From Chrysomallon squamiferum (Eukaryota; Animalia; Mollusca), in assembly GCA_012295275.1 (NCBI GenBank), contig CM022670.1, positions 20,398,001 through 20,462,000 on the forward strand: a stretch of DNA of 64,000 bases, read 5' to 3'. How positions within the stretch are numbered: the stretch's first letter is position 1; every line of letters starts with the position of its first letter. Below are positions 11,975-24,790 of this stretch, one piece after another. Under the pieces are notes generated by a model that worked only from the letters and a program-made list of their open reading frames with translations, made no database searches and was not told where the DNA came from. Both the position numbers and the translations under genes were made by a program.

Positions 11975-12135
11975 TCTATTGCATAGCTCATATACTGGTC
12001 AGAGGTTAGAGTATTTGTGTGGTGAGTTGAAATTCTTATTGAAATCAAATTCTTTTTTCTCATTCAAGCCAGTGCTCCATGATTCACTTTCTTGTTTATG
12101 GAGCTGTCCATATAAAACACTCCTTACTGGTAACA
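11975..12135 (+). mobile_element. SINE family A fragment
   Basis: tttctcattcaagccagtgctccatga...catataaaacactccttactg matches the core. Confidence 0.55.
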
Positions 12136-13071
12136 TTGACATTTGAAAAAAAAAAGATATTGCTGTAATTACTATCATGATTACTGTAACAGATAAACAG
12201 CACTTCCCATGAATTGGAAATGTATTACCACAGTCTTTGACATACAAACTACAGATGGGGGAAAAAAAGGCAAGAAATAAGACTGTGTAGCACAAACAGA
12301 AACACAAACACATATACAAACAATCTGCACTCACATACACTAATGCACACACGCACATGCACACGCACACACATGCACACCCCACCCACCCACACCCCCA
12401 ACACATACCTATTTGGATACAACAGTTTTTCTGTCAATCTTCAATCATCATTATCACAGTTTTTATTAAGAGCATCTTCACATGCCCTTGTACATAATGT
12501 ATAATTACATGCAGAGAGAGCATTAAAAACAAGACATCAGCTCCCATGAGACTAATAACTAGAATTAAAAATATATATCTCTGCTGGTGCCTTTAATGCA
12601 CAGTGTTTTCTCTGATACAGTTAACATCATTTACAGTACTGGTAAATTAATTTTTTTACAACTACATGTCATTCCATTTAATGACTGAGACGAGAGGCAG
12701 TACAATAGATCATATATTCAAACATGACAGGTTGCAGGATCAGTTCTTTTCAATGGATCTTTTTGGCTATTTCACACACAACCCAGGATTTCACCTATTA
12801 TAACTCATATTCAGATACACATACACTATGACACATATTCAAGTAGTGTTAATATTCAGACAATAATAAACACATAGACACTCATATATATATATTCAGA
12901 TGTATGGGCACAGCAAAAATATCATTAGCAAATGTACAGTGTTTGATTTCTTTAACAGAACAATACACCATCAGGTGCAAGGACTGTTTTTTCATGTTAC
13001 TCTTAATAATTTGTTTTAATGTTATTTTTCCACATTAGCTTTTTGTTCTTTTCATGTTTAACTATATAACT

Positions 13072-13375
13072 ATATCAAAATATATATGTATTACAGATAT
13101 TGCGAATATCAAAATATACATACATTATACATATCAAAATATATTTGCATTATAGACATCAAAATACATGTGCATTACAGATAACAAAATACACACACAT
13201 TGTAGATATTAAAATGTATATGCATTATTAATATCAAAATTTATACACACCATAGATACCAAAATATATATAAGCATAAGGCAGTAACTACTATCAGTGT
13301 ATAGACATATTAAAGATATTAAAATATGTACCCATTATAGATTTTCATGCACATATTATGGATTTCAAAATATAT
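13072..13375. repeat. Degenerate ~25-bp minisatellite (atcaaaatatatatgcattatagat)
   Basis: About 10 imperfect tandem units. Confidence 0.8.
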
Positions 13376-14589
13376 TTATATATTTAATCAAATAGCAGTA
13401 GATTCATACTTGTAATCTTACAGCAAAACTAAGGATGCCAGATTTTCTAGATACTGACCGAACAAATAAGATTATGTGTCACAAGATTTCACTGAATGTT
13501 TAGATATTGAGTGATTGTATCAAAGTTCCATGAATACAGACTCTTGTATTAACCTTGTCTGAAATCAAAGAGATAATGTATTCATCAAACTGATCCTGTT
13601 TACATCTTAATGTTTCAGTTCTTTGAGTCCAGGACCAGAATAATATGATTATACAAATAAAGGCTTTCAGTTATTTTATTCCATTTTTTTTGGTTTTGTT
13701 GTAGTAATATTGATTTTAGTATTGTATATTATTTTTATTTGTTTTATTTATTTATTTATCATTATCATTATAATTATAATCATCACCATTATTATATTTA
13801 TTATTTAAAAATGTTATTGTTATTATTATTTAATTAATATTACTGGAACTAGCCATCATCATCATTATGATCACATCTTCTTTATTTGCAAACCTCAAAT
13901 TCTTTAGTAGTTATAGTAGTAGCAGTAGTAGTAGTTTCAATATTATTATTATTATTTAATTATAATAATAAATATCATCATCATCACAGTAATTATTATC
14001 ATATTATTGGCAACTATTCCTCATTTGCAGATTAATTTAACCTCAGATCTACCAACTTGCATCCACTTTTGAGTTTCACAAAATGGAATCCAAGAAAAGA
14101 TAAGAAAGATACATTAGAATACCTTGTTTAAATTTTGACAAACTTAGCTTTAATGCCATAGAAAAAAGTTGTTATAAAATGTCCTGAGAACTGAAGATTA
14201 AATTATATATTCATAGTTCTTTTTGAAGTATAAATGTCTGGGTTTTTAACACTGTAAATTGAGAGAAAAAAGTATTCTATAGGCCCAATGATGAATTTTT
14301 TATTTTACAAACTGTTCTAAAAATACAATTCAAATCTATTTCAGTTTTCAAAACTAAATAACTAAGTAAGTATCCAACTAAATGTATCATAATAAAGAAA
14401 AAAGGTTTCCAGATTAATGTGAAATCTGTAAACAGATATTTTATATTTACACCTTCCTGCTGAAAATCAATATGTAATATAATATTTATAAATTAACTTC
14501 CTCATTTTTACATATTTTGTTTTTATACTGATATACCAGACTAATGTATGTCAGTGTTTGTATACTTTCAACTACTAATAAGGAAAAAA

Positions 14590-14730
14590 GGCCACTGGTT
14601 AGAACAAATAGCTGAAGAATTATAAACCATTGGATCTATTTCCTAAAAGACACTCATTAAACTTTTTCCCATTCAAACCAGACTAACCAGTATTGTGTTC
14701 TTGCTAAATATGTGAAGCTGCTGTTGTTTT
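14590..14730 (+). mobile_element. SINE family A fragment (5' part), inverted relative to its neighbour
   Basis: cactggttaga...ggatctatt...tttcccattcaaaccag resembles the head and core start. Confidence 0.4.
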
Positions 14731-14749
14731 ATTTCTCTGTGGTTTTTTT

Positions 14750-14922
14750 TATTAGCAGCAAGTGATTAATTATATGCATTTTCTGCTAGATGGGAAAGCA
14801 TACACCATGACCATTAATACATCATGGTGCATTGGTTGGAATGGGAAAGATGGGACACTGCAGATTAGTGATCACATGACCCATCATGCTTCAGGCAATT
14901 GCTCTCTTCACTGAGATACAGA
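14750..14922 (-). mobile_element. SINE family A fragment
   Basis: attagcagcaag...tatatgca...catggtgcattggttggaatgggaaa...cactgaga is the reverse complement of the core and head. Confidence 0.6.
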
Positions 14923-16345
14923 CTAATCCTTTAATGCTGAGAAGATGATCAATAAATATTATTTACATAATCAATATGTCAATAATAAATTGCTGCAACA
15001 ACATAAATTATTTAATTATAATGGAACAATAGTCAGTATGTTGACACAAGAGCAATTTTCATAAAATTCATTAATTTTTATATTTTTATTATTAAATTTT
15101 GTTACAGTGTGTTATTGTTATGAGCATTTATGACAGGAAAGTTAATCAAGTTTATAAATAAAATTTTATTAATATCTATATGCACAAAATAAGAAACCCA
15201 TTACCTAATAAATAAAAAGAAATTGTATAGTATTCATCTGATTATAAAATTACCTATCTTTTCTTTGATGTGAATTAAAATATGAATATAATTTTATTAA
15301 ACAGTATGACAGATTGTTTAGAATCTGCAACACCATAGCAACTAAAAACAACACATGATGAAGGTTATTCACATATTGAATCTTAACACTGGTTAACAGT
15401 AGAATTTCATTTATTTTTAATGTTTCTAATTGTTCTACCAATTTTCTTTGTTTCCATTGAATTATCACTAGGAAATGCAATTGTTCTTTTACAAAGGTCA
15501 ATCAATTGAACAAACCTAACTATAAGAACTGTGACTGTGCTGAACTATGAAAGCCATTGTTTAGACTATCAATGCTGTCTGTGAACTGCAGACAGTTATA
15601 TATCTGTTCTAATTTATTTTACATTAAATCCACTATGTTGTTTTTGGGGTATCTGGTTACAATGCCATGAAATTTATTTCTTGTTTATTCAATACTATAT
15701 TATTAAACAGATTTTTCTTTTTAATTTCTACTATGATAGTTGTTATAAATCTGGCTGAATATTTTAATATTGTTCTTTTCTTTTCTAGTACATAGTTTTA
15801 GTTACAACTGTAAAAACCACTGCAATTATAACTATGGTAAACTATGATCAAGAGTTTTGGTAAACAGGTAAATGATTTTTTGATTTTTGGGGTTCTATTT
15901 ACCAAAAACACTGACACTTGGAGATCTAGACAAATCATATTTAAAATTGATCCTTCCATCATTTCAAAATAAATCTTATCTCTGTGTGATGCCTGTAAAA
16001 GAGTCAGAGGAAAAAAGTCACAGGAAAAAAAGGGCACAAAATGTATGGGTTTGTAGAGTATTGAATGTGGCATCACAGCATGCATGGGGAAATTGTTAAG
16101 CTTACTGATTAGGCTAGATTAAAGAAAGGGGCTTCATATTGTGCAGGGGTGCTGATTAATTAGGATCAGTTAGGCAGGATTAAAGAAAGAATCTTTATAT
16201 TGGGTCTAGCTTAGGTTTAGCTCACTGATTAGGATAGATTTAAACTAAGGGATTCCTATTGTAAATGATTTATAAAATGTCCCAGGTTAAAATGTGTTTC
16301 ACTATATATTCTCCAGCTTTCTCTAGTATCAGAAGTATGTTTAAT

Positions 16346-16440
16346 ATGGGAGTTATTCATACCAGTAAGGGTGGTAACAAAATCTGTTATGAGGGGTTCA
16401 TGTATACCAAACATATAATTTCTTTGTGGTATTGGGTGGA
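16346..16440 (+). mobile_element. Relic of a FLYWCH zinc-finger N-terminus, typical of MULE/Mutator-like transposases
   Basis: Translation MGVIHTSKGGNKICYEGFMYTKH...W fits the start of the FLYWCH pattern (x-T/S-x-K/R-G-G-x-K-L/I-x-x-x-G-F/Y-x-Y); the domain is truncated. Confidence 0.5.
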
Positions 16441-17539
16441 ATATCTACCTAAACCACCAACATTAAAATCAAAGAACATGTGTTTCATCTATCTTTCATT
16501 TCTAATATAGTTCTTAATATTAATAAAGACTTTTTTCCCCTAGAATCCTCTGTGTGTATCTTTTTATTTGAGCACATAAACTACAAACAACAATGAAAAT
16601 GTACTTTTGTTTATGGGTTCATATTTACTGAAAAGAAATCTTCAAGGATTGTTGAAACTTCCTAACATTTTTGAACAAGATACAATAAATCATCCTAGAC
16701 TTGTGTATTTAAGGCTGAACAGTTTTGTTAAATTACCTGTCAGTGATAATAGACTAGCTCACAGGTCTTAGTGCATGTAATGGATTGCAGGATCAGAGTA
16801 TTCATTGTGAAATGGAATGTGCTTTCTTCTTCATGGTTTTCTTTTTCATAAACATGTGTATCAGAAAACTATGTTAAAATGTCATTAAATACTGACTGGT
16901 TAATTAATTAATTTATTCATTCATTCATTAATAATTAATTCACTAATTCAATGATTCATTCATTCTTCTCTACTATACAGGCCTGGAATTTTCTATTTTA
17001 AGCATTTAATCAGGGGACCTATTATAATGTCTACCCATATCATGTGTTGCATGCCCAGGACAATTTTATATTACTATGTCTGAACACTACTAATGAAAAA
17101 GGATTCACTCTGGGGATTTTTATGTAGGAAAAAATCCCATAAGGGCTTAAAACTGATGACCTAAGGCAGCATTAAAATCTCTTCTCAGACATACTTACTA
17201 GTTAACAGATGCCAAAATAGTGGACATATGACAGCATTCATATTCATACAGCTAACCAATCAATTTAAGGTCTACTATAATAATATCAGTCTCTAAAAAA
17301 CTGTTCTGAGACTGAAGATGGAAGGAAGAAATGTTTTATTATCAGTATATTTAATCTGTCATTATAAGATATCGTACATAGTTAAATTAGACTATTAAAA
17401 TAATTTTTTACTGAAACTAAAGGGTAAATTGAAGGCAGAAATTAGTTACTAAAACACTCACAACTTTTAATCTGTTGTTGTATCATATGTATGGTATGCT
17501 AATCAAAGAAATGTTTTCTGAAACTGAAAGGTAAACTGT

Positions 17540-17815
17540 AGGAAGAAATGAACTAATAAAAACTCAACACATTTATTTTATGGTTATGTGGTTTCATATA
17601 TATGGTTAAGAACTATGCAGATGAGTAAGCCAATAGCTTCCACATGTTAAGCTAATCTTTTATGATGTGTGGATATGATGTTTTAAATGCACCTATCATG
17701 GACAGCTTTTGATGAACAAGCTGTTGGACAGTTGGTGGGAAGGGAAATGGCCTGATGAGGATTTTTCCTGCAACCCATCATATCTCAGCACTATGTTCTA
17801 CTCACTGAACCACTA
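17540..17815 (-). mobile_element. SINE family A, near full length, decayed
   Basis: ggaagaaatg...actcaacacatttattttatggttatgtgg...tatggttaag...ggtgggaagggaaatggcc...cactgaacca. Confidence 0.6.
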
Positions 17816-18514
17816 TATAATGAAGAAAAACACCAAAAGAAGAGCCAAAAGTGAAAGCCAGTGATTAGTCAGGGAACCAATGGTTGTAAATTGCATTTTC
17901 TTTATGGAAGAGTATGATAAGCCATTGTCTGTTCTTATTTTGATGGGCTGTAATGTTTAATTAACCTGTGTCAGTAAACAATCCTATACATACTTGTGCA
18001 GATTCTCATTTTTACAGTGGTTCCCCATATGGTGTTAGCTCACATTATCATTATACAAAAATATTTAAATACATGCTTTATAAATTGTTGTATTATGTAT
18101 TATTATCATTTGTATCATAATTAAATAATTGATGTATCTTAGCTTATGAAGGGTTTATTTCTCTAGTGGATGGATAGAATTATTAGTTTATGTAGATTGT
18201 TGTCAGTTTTGTTTTTACATTCCTTGTGAGGTGGCCATGAAAGAACCTTGTCAAGCTAGACTGAGTCTAGGTAAAACATTCAAGATGTGTAATGTAGACA
18301 CAAAATCTTTACAGTGAAAAATGATTAATTTCCATTTACATAATCTTTGCAAGTGACAAATTAATTTGCATGAAAATTACATTTAGACATGAAAATCTTT
18401 ACTATTATTAAATTCCACAGTCAATATTGTTTATACATGATCTTTGGAAGCAATACATTACTTTAAAGATTAATAAACTGAATGTAATATGAGTATAATG
18501 ATATGCGTACAAAC

Positions 18515-18603
18515 CTGTTGCTAAGATATTTGTTGTAGTTGTACAGCAGTATGTCAATAACTTCCTCACTTTCGATTGGACGAGCCACAGGCCACTCAAA
18601 TGA
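18515..18603 (-). CDS. OTOF: Otoferlin-like exon 3 (89 nt): SFEWPVARPIESEEVIDILLYNYNKYLSN(R)
   Basis: Acceptor tttttgtaacag|TCA, donor ACAG|gtttgt; phase 0 to 2; WPVA and NY.K..SN motifs of otoferlin C2A. Confidence 0.94.
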
Positions 18604-18649
18604 CTGTTACAAAAAAAGTGAAGTTTTATTTTATCTTGATTACATAAAA

Positions 18650-18952
18650 AGAAAAATGGTAAAAAACATATTGTAAAATGGTTAAAAACATGTAAAAAAA
18701 TAAGTTTGGTTGAAAAAAGTGGTTATAAAAATTGTCGTAAACTGGTTAAAAATGTGTTAGAAAATAGTTACAGATTAAAAATATATTGAAAGTGGTAAAA
18801 AATTAAAAAATTGTAAACAGTTAAAAATAAATTAAAAACAGGTTAAAAAGTCCAGTATAATGGTAAAAAATAAATTATAAAGTGGTTAACAATATATTAT
18901 AAACTATTATAAATGTATATTTCTGAAAATATCTTGTAAAGCTGGTTAAAAT
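18650..18952. repeat. Degenerate ~20-25-bp minisatellite (aaaaatatattgtaaaagtggtt) filling most of intron 2
   Basis: Recurrent ggttaaaaa...ttgtaaa units. Confidence 0.7.
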
Positions 18953-18998
18953 AAAATATATGTATGTGTGTGTGTGTGTATAAATAAAACATACTTAC

Positions 18999-19057
18999 CT
19001 CATCAAACCAAACTGTATCATCAACATTTTCAACAATCTTTGTGTAATGAGAGACAC
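18999..19057 (-). CDS. OTOF: Otoferlin-like exon 2 (59 nt): (G)VSHYTKIVENVDDTVWFDE
   Basis: Acceptor attatttcag|GT, donor GAG|gtaagt; phase 1 to 0; matches otoferlin [20 protein letters not shown]. Confidence 0.94.
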
Positions 19058-22027
19058 CTGAAATAATTTAAAAAAATTATATTAGACTTTAAGTTTATGC
19101 ATTTTGTTTCATAAGGATATAATAAGAAAACGGACAGACATACATACAGACATTCACATACACTCAGAAAAATACACACACACACACACACACACATACA
19201 TACACATATACAGACATACAAACATTCACATGTACAGAGAGGGACACAAATAATACATTATTTAAATTGAAATGTTTATTATTCTGCTAATGGATTGCTA
19301 AGAGTGTCATACTTGTAAAATTGATGTCATACCAAGTTCATCAATACATCACACAGAAACCTTTGGAATTTAAGTGTATAATAAGTGTGAAATGACTGCA
19401 ATTATAACAACATCTGCCAAATAATTGCACTCAGTTAACATATTACCAACACTGACCAGTGGTCAGTACACACATAAAATTGCACTCATTAACAACTTAC
19501 TTGTAGTGGAATATTTTTAATTTGGAATCAGGTGCAGAGAGGTTTGGTAGTAACGGTATCTGTTTTTTTAATTTGATATTTGTACACAAACACACTTGAA
19601 ACAATTTTCTGTATGTGTGTGTGTGTGCATGTGTAGGTGTGTGTGTATGTGTGTGTTATTGTGTTTGTGTGTTTACAAGTTTGCATTTGTGTTTATGGAT
19701 GTGTGTGTAGCTGCTTGCATGCATGCATGCATGTGTGTATTCAGACACAGACTCATTAAGATTACTTCTTTACACTACTGGTATGTTTAATATGATGTTT
19801 TATGATTGCCAAAAACCAATCCTTAGCAAAATATTCTACGTTTTTGTCAAAGAAATAGATATAAGGAAATATTTAAATATGTCTTTATTAAATTACTGTG
19901 AAAAAGAAATTAATTAAATAAAACTACTATATTATGTCTAGGCTGTTAATAATGCTAGTATTATTATCACTAGTACTAGTACTAGTATTATTTTCTACCA
20001 CTACTACTATCATTACTGCTCTGCTACTACAGTTTCTATCACTACTACAGATACAACTATTAGTTCTACTACTTACTACTTATCCTAGTATTACTGCCTC
20101 TACTAAACCAACCATCATGATAAAATGAAATATGACTATTTATTAACATTAAATAAAACAATTATTTTTTTTGCATGAATCCTTGTTTGTAACCTCTGTA
20201 TATAGTTTAATACTAATTCTTGTTAATGTCAAACATATTTTTATCTTTTTTGTCTAATTTTAATTTATTTTATATATATATATATTTATTTTTTATTATG
20301 ACTGGAGAAAGAAGAAACATTGGATCATCATTTCTAGCAGTTATCAACAAGCCAGTTCTGGGTTTTGGGTGGATTGGGAAATGGGCAGAAATGGTCCTTT
20401 GGGCATACTGTCAGAGTGCAAGCTACATCCCTTAACTGAATATCTTACAGTAATATGATTGACGTAGAAAGGCAAACAGAAGTCAAATACATCTGTGACC
20501 TAAAACACTGTGATATCAGTAATGACAAAAAGAGAAATCTGACATTAAAATCAATATCTATTATTTAACAATATCAGTTTTATATATATAAAAAAATTCA
20601 AATTATTATTAATAAAAAAAAAAATCATAAAAATAATGTGAAAAAGGAAAAAAGATTATAAAAAGAAGAAAATAATCGAAAAAAGAAGGAATAATAATGA
20701 TCAGAAAAAAATCATAAAAAATAATATATAAAGTATAATATTTTAAATTTAAAAAGAGAAATGATGCATCTAGAAAAAAGAAAAATGAAAAGCAGTTTAG
20801 AAAATAATGAATTATCTAAGCTTTAACAGTACAAAAGAGTATTAAACATTTACTTCATTTGCAGTCAAGTGATTTAAAATGTAATCAAATAATATTAAAA
20901 TATTGATGTTTTATCATTGTCTGCAATTCATAATTAAAAAAAAAGAAGTATAATGTCTCTGTGTATATTAGTGTATCTTAATGTGTGTGCATCTCTGTGT
21001 AGGTATATGTGTGTGTTTGTTCCTTTTATTCATTTTTGTCTTTTTTCTTTCTTCTTCCTTCTTTTTTTCAGTTTTGAAAACAATTTAAGATAAATTGTAT
21101 ATAAAATGTTTATTTATTCAGTAACAGCTGTGTATCAGACAAATGTTGTTTTTTTTCTCTTCTTTTTAACATATTTTTCCCCAAGTGTCAATTTAAAGTG
21201 CTTTTAAACTCTCTATTTTCGAGAGTTTATTTTCTCACTCACTGAACCATAGATCTATATATTTTTTATTACTCAATAACATTTCAGTCCTAATCCATCA
21301 GGAATACTGAGGCACATTTAAGGTTTCAAAATAAAATCTTAAATCAAAGACTGACAGAGAAAATTTAATGTGTCATTAAGGACAGAAATAATGCTCTGTT
21401 TGTTAACTGTAAATATATTATAAAAATACAAATACATATAAAAATATTATTATTATTATTCTTGTTGTTGTTGCTGCTGTTATTATAATAATAATAATTA
21501 TTATTATTATTTTTTTTTTTAAATCAGAACCAAATTTCTTATAGATTTTGTTTTTCTTACAGCTGAAAATTTTCTATGAAAAGAATCAATTTCTGTTATC
21601 TTCAGCACTCCAAGTTCTTGGTACCCAATTAAAGTGAATAGTTCTGAGTTCTGGGCTTGGTTTGAAGAGCTCTTCATTTTCTTCCAGTTCTACATTTATT
21701 TGTTAAAAGTAATATTTGTAAGTGTTGTGTTCAATAAAACAACCAAGAAAATCAGATTATTCAAGTTCTGTGAAAACCTTATCACACCCAAAAATCAAAT
21801 AAATCTTTTAATGAATTTATGCTTTATAGCTTTTTGTAATAGAAGTGAAATTGTTGTTATTTTACAATATCATTCTGAACACTAATATCTAGGTCAAAGC
21901 AATTAAAAAATATATAATAAAATAAACTAAAATAAATTTAAAACAAAACAAAACAATAAAAAAATAAAAAATAAAATAAAAATTAAATATAAAATTCTCT
22001 TACATTATCTATGTTTCAGTTCATAAT

Positions 22028-22195
22028 GGTCACTAGAGAGGAAACCTGATGCCAAGACTTTGTGAGCTTATCTTTTCGATTAGCAGGAACATGTATTTTA
22101 TGTGCACCTTCTCACAGGTGGGAAAACACATATGTTGGCCAATGATAAACCACTTATTTAGAGCACTCCTCTGAGATATGATGCATGGATCAAAG
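22028..22195 (-). mobile_element. SINE family A fragment
   Basis: gagaggaaacctg...cttttcgattagcagg...ttttatgtgcacc...gagcact is the reverse complement of the core. Confidence 0.65.
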
Positions 22196-23785
22196 GATTA
22201 ATTTTTCTTAAACGTGCCTACATGGCTGTTTCCCATTCCAGGAAGTGCTCATATATGTGATTTATCAAAAGTCTTCATATTTGAAAAGTGAATGTACAAA
22301 TGAGCAATCTGTAGAATTTACACTTTTATATTATAATGTACCATTTCTTCTTCCATTTCAAGAGACTAAATTAATAACAGTGAATCTTATAATAATAGCA
22401 TTAGCAAAATGTATAAGTTATTTTAATCTATATAGTGTGAGAAAGGTTATTTTGTTTCTATTATTTTTAACTGTATAAATTTCTCTTTGCCCGAGGAAGC
22501 AGAATGTTCTGATTAACTGAAGTATAAATTTAAGATGCTAAGTTGTTATTTTTTTGATGAACACTTATCAATGGCTTCAGAATGGTTTCTTGGAAGCCAT
22601 AGGCAAGATGGATCAATAAACCAGTTTATTATGATATTTTATGTAATACACAACACAATTTAATTATCTTGCAAGGTAGATGTACATAAAATATACATAT
22701 TTAATATGTTCTGTTAATGCATATAAAATTTTGATGATTATGTGAATATAATTATTATATTTTCAGAGTCAGAGAGAGAGAGGATAATAATAATAGTATA
22801 TTTGTAATTAACCTCAATTGCAGGAATATACATGCGTATATAAACCTAATTAGTATTGAGTATAGACATATAATAATGGAAATATCAAGCGAGTTCATAC
22901 AGATAACACATACAACTGTAATCAGTTTTCTGCTGATGACAAATTGCATGTGATACAAGTGTATCAAATTCTTGTAGATTTCTGTATTATGTGCTTTGAT
23001 TTGCTTTTTGTTTTTCACTTGACTTTTCCATCAAGAATGACAAAACAAAGACAAAAATAAAATGAAGGAAGAAAATTTAAAAGTGAACCAAAAAAGCAAA
23101 ACAAATAAACAGACATTCAGACAGATAGGCACACACTAACAATCACACAAAGAGTGACCATTTGGAAGACAAATCAGTGGATACTCAGATAGACTGACAT
23201 AACCACAGACAGATATAACAGGGACATAAAAAGACATGAAGTTAGCCAGGCAGTAACACCAGGACAGTGAAAATAGCATCTTTAATCTAAATTTGTCCTA
23301 GTTGTGCTTGGCCCACTGACCATGTTGGTCATAATTCCAGGACTCCATACATTTTTTATACTGTGTGATTTCACACAATGGACATCATTCTTCAATATTA
23401 GCCTATTTGTTTCACAGTGGTTCGTCTCTCACACTAACCAATAAACCTAGATGTCAAGATCTGATTAGAAGACAGTTTCACTGAAAACACACCAAGATGA
23501 GCCTGGCAGACAGTGGAAGAAGTGTGAACTGATTAACAACAAGAATATTAACAGAAGTATTATCTGATTGTTTGGATGGGAAGAAAATGTAATATAAAAC
23601 TGTCAAATATAAATACAATTAAGAAATGCGTGGACTGCATTGTTAAATAACAATAGAAAATTAATTCTTGATGAAGTAATAGTTGAACTGAATAAAATAT
23701 TTTAAATATATATATATATATTTTTAAAAATAATTTTTAATTTTTACATTTTATATATTTGTATGTAATAATAAATGTTTCAGTT

Positions 23786-24352
23786 AAAGGAAGGAAAAAT
23801 TGTTTCACTCAACACATTTGTAAAATACAGTTATAAACAATAAGTAAGGATAAAATAGAGAAGAGAGAGGAAGCCAGCTCTGCAATGCAATGAGTCAGAC
23901 CTTTATAATTAGCAATAAAAGGTATTTTACATAAACCTTCCCATTTTTAATTAATAAAACAGTTTCTTAATATTCAGTTTAATGTTTTACATCATTGCTC
24001 CACAGTAAAAAGTCCTTCCTGTCACACACAGACACAGCTTAATCAAATGTTATTTAAAGCTAGACAAAAATAAGTAGCCAGACAATATTTATTTTTCAAA
24101 TAAATACAAATGCCAGACCATCTTAACTTGAAAGATCAAAATAAAATGTCTGGGGAAAAAACTATACATAAACAGTTCTATGGTAGCATTTTCATAGCCA
24201 AATTCTTGTCACAGCTTTTACTTTGAAACCTGTTATGGGTTTCTGGCTAGAATGAGAAATATCCCAACAGGGGCATCAAGGAAAATTGATGCTGTGACAG
24301 AACATGCTTGAGACTACTTCTCTATGCCACTAAATTTCTACAGCTGCCCCCT
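23786..24352 (-). mobile_element. SINE family A copy split by an inserted family B repeat
   Basis: Tail and core half at 23786-23943 (ggaaggaaaa..actcaacacatt..gagagaggaagcc..attagcaataaaagg); head half at about 24207-24352 (ctggctagaatgagaaatatcccaa). Confidence 0.55.
23945..24205. repeat. Dispersed repeat family B, copy 1
   Basis: aaatgttatttaaagctagacaaaaataagtagccagacaatatttatttttcaaataaatac is similar to 27790-27857. Confidence 0.6.
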
Positions 24353-24627
24353 TGTGACTCAAACAAAAATGATTCCTTGTAAAATCTTTTTTCTCTTAAT
24401 TTATTTTTATTGTTATTATTTTTATTATTTAAAATGAATTCTAATGATGTGTATTTAATGAGTTCAGATTAACATTAGCTTATTATGAAGTGAAATAAAG
24501 CAGAACAGTTTAGTTAGGATAAGAGTTGATTTACTATGAACATGAAACAAAGATTCTGCAAATGTCATATTCACATCTTGACAGCACTACACTGAGATGT
24601 ATAAATACAGCTGACCAGTTTCTTACA

Positions 24628-24790
24628 GCTGATCCCCAATTTCATCAACAATTCACACAATTCACTACTGGTCCACTAATTTATCACTGATCCATTCAGT
24701 TTAGCACTGATCCAGTCATGTAACCACTGATCCATACATTTCATTATTGATCTGGTTATTTTCACCAATGATCCACACTTTTCACCAATC
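24628..24790. repeat. Degenerate ~19-20-bp minisatellite (ctgatccacacatttcacca)
   Basis: About 8 recurring tgatcc..cac units. Confidence 0.65.

Noticed and set aside
11999-12406. 135-aa minus-strand ORF with an exon-like end (MSMLPVRSVLYGQLHK...)
   Set aside because: The apparent coding part is a decayed SINE and the rest is TG-rich repeat; exons 3 and 4 join in frame without it.
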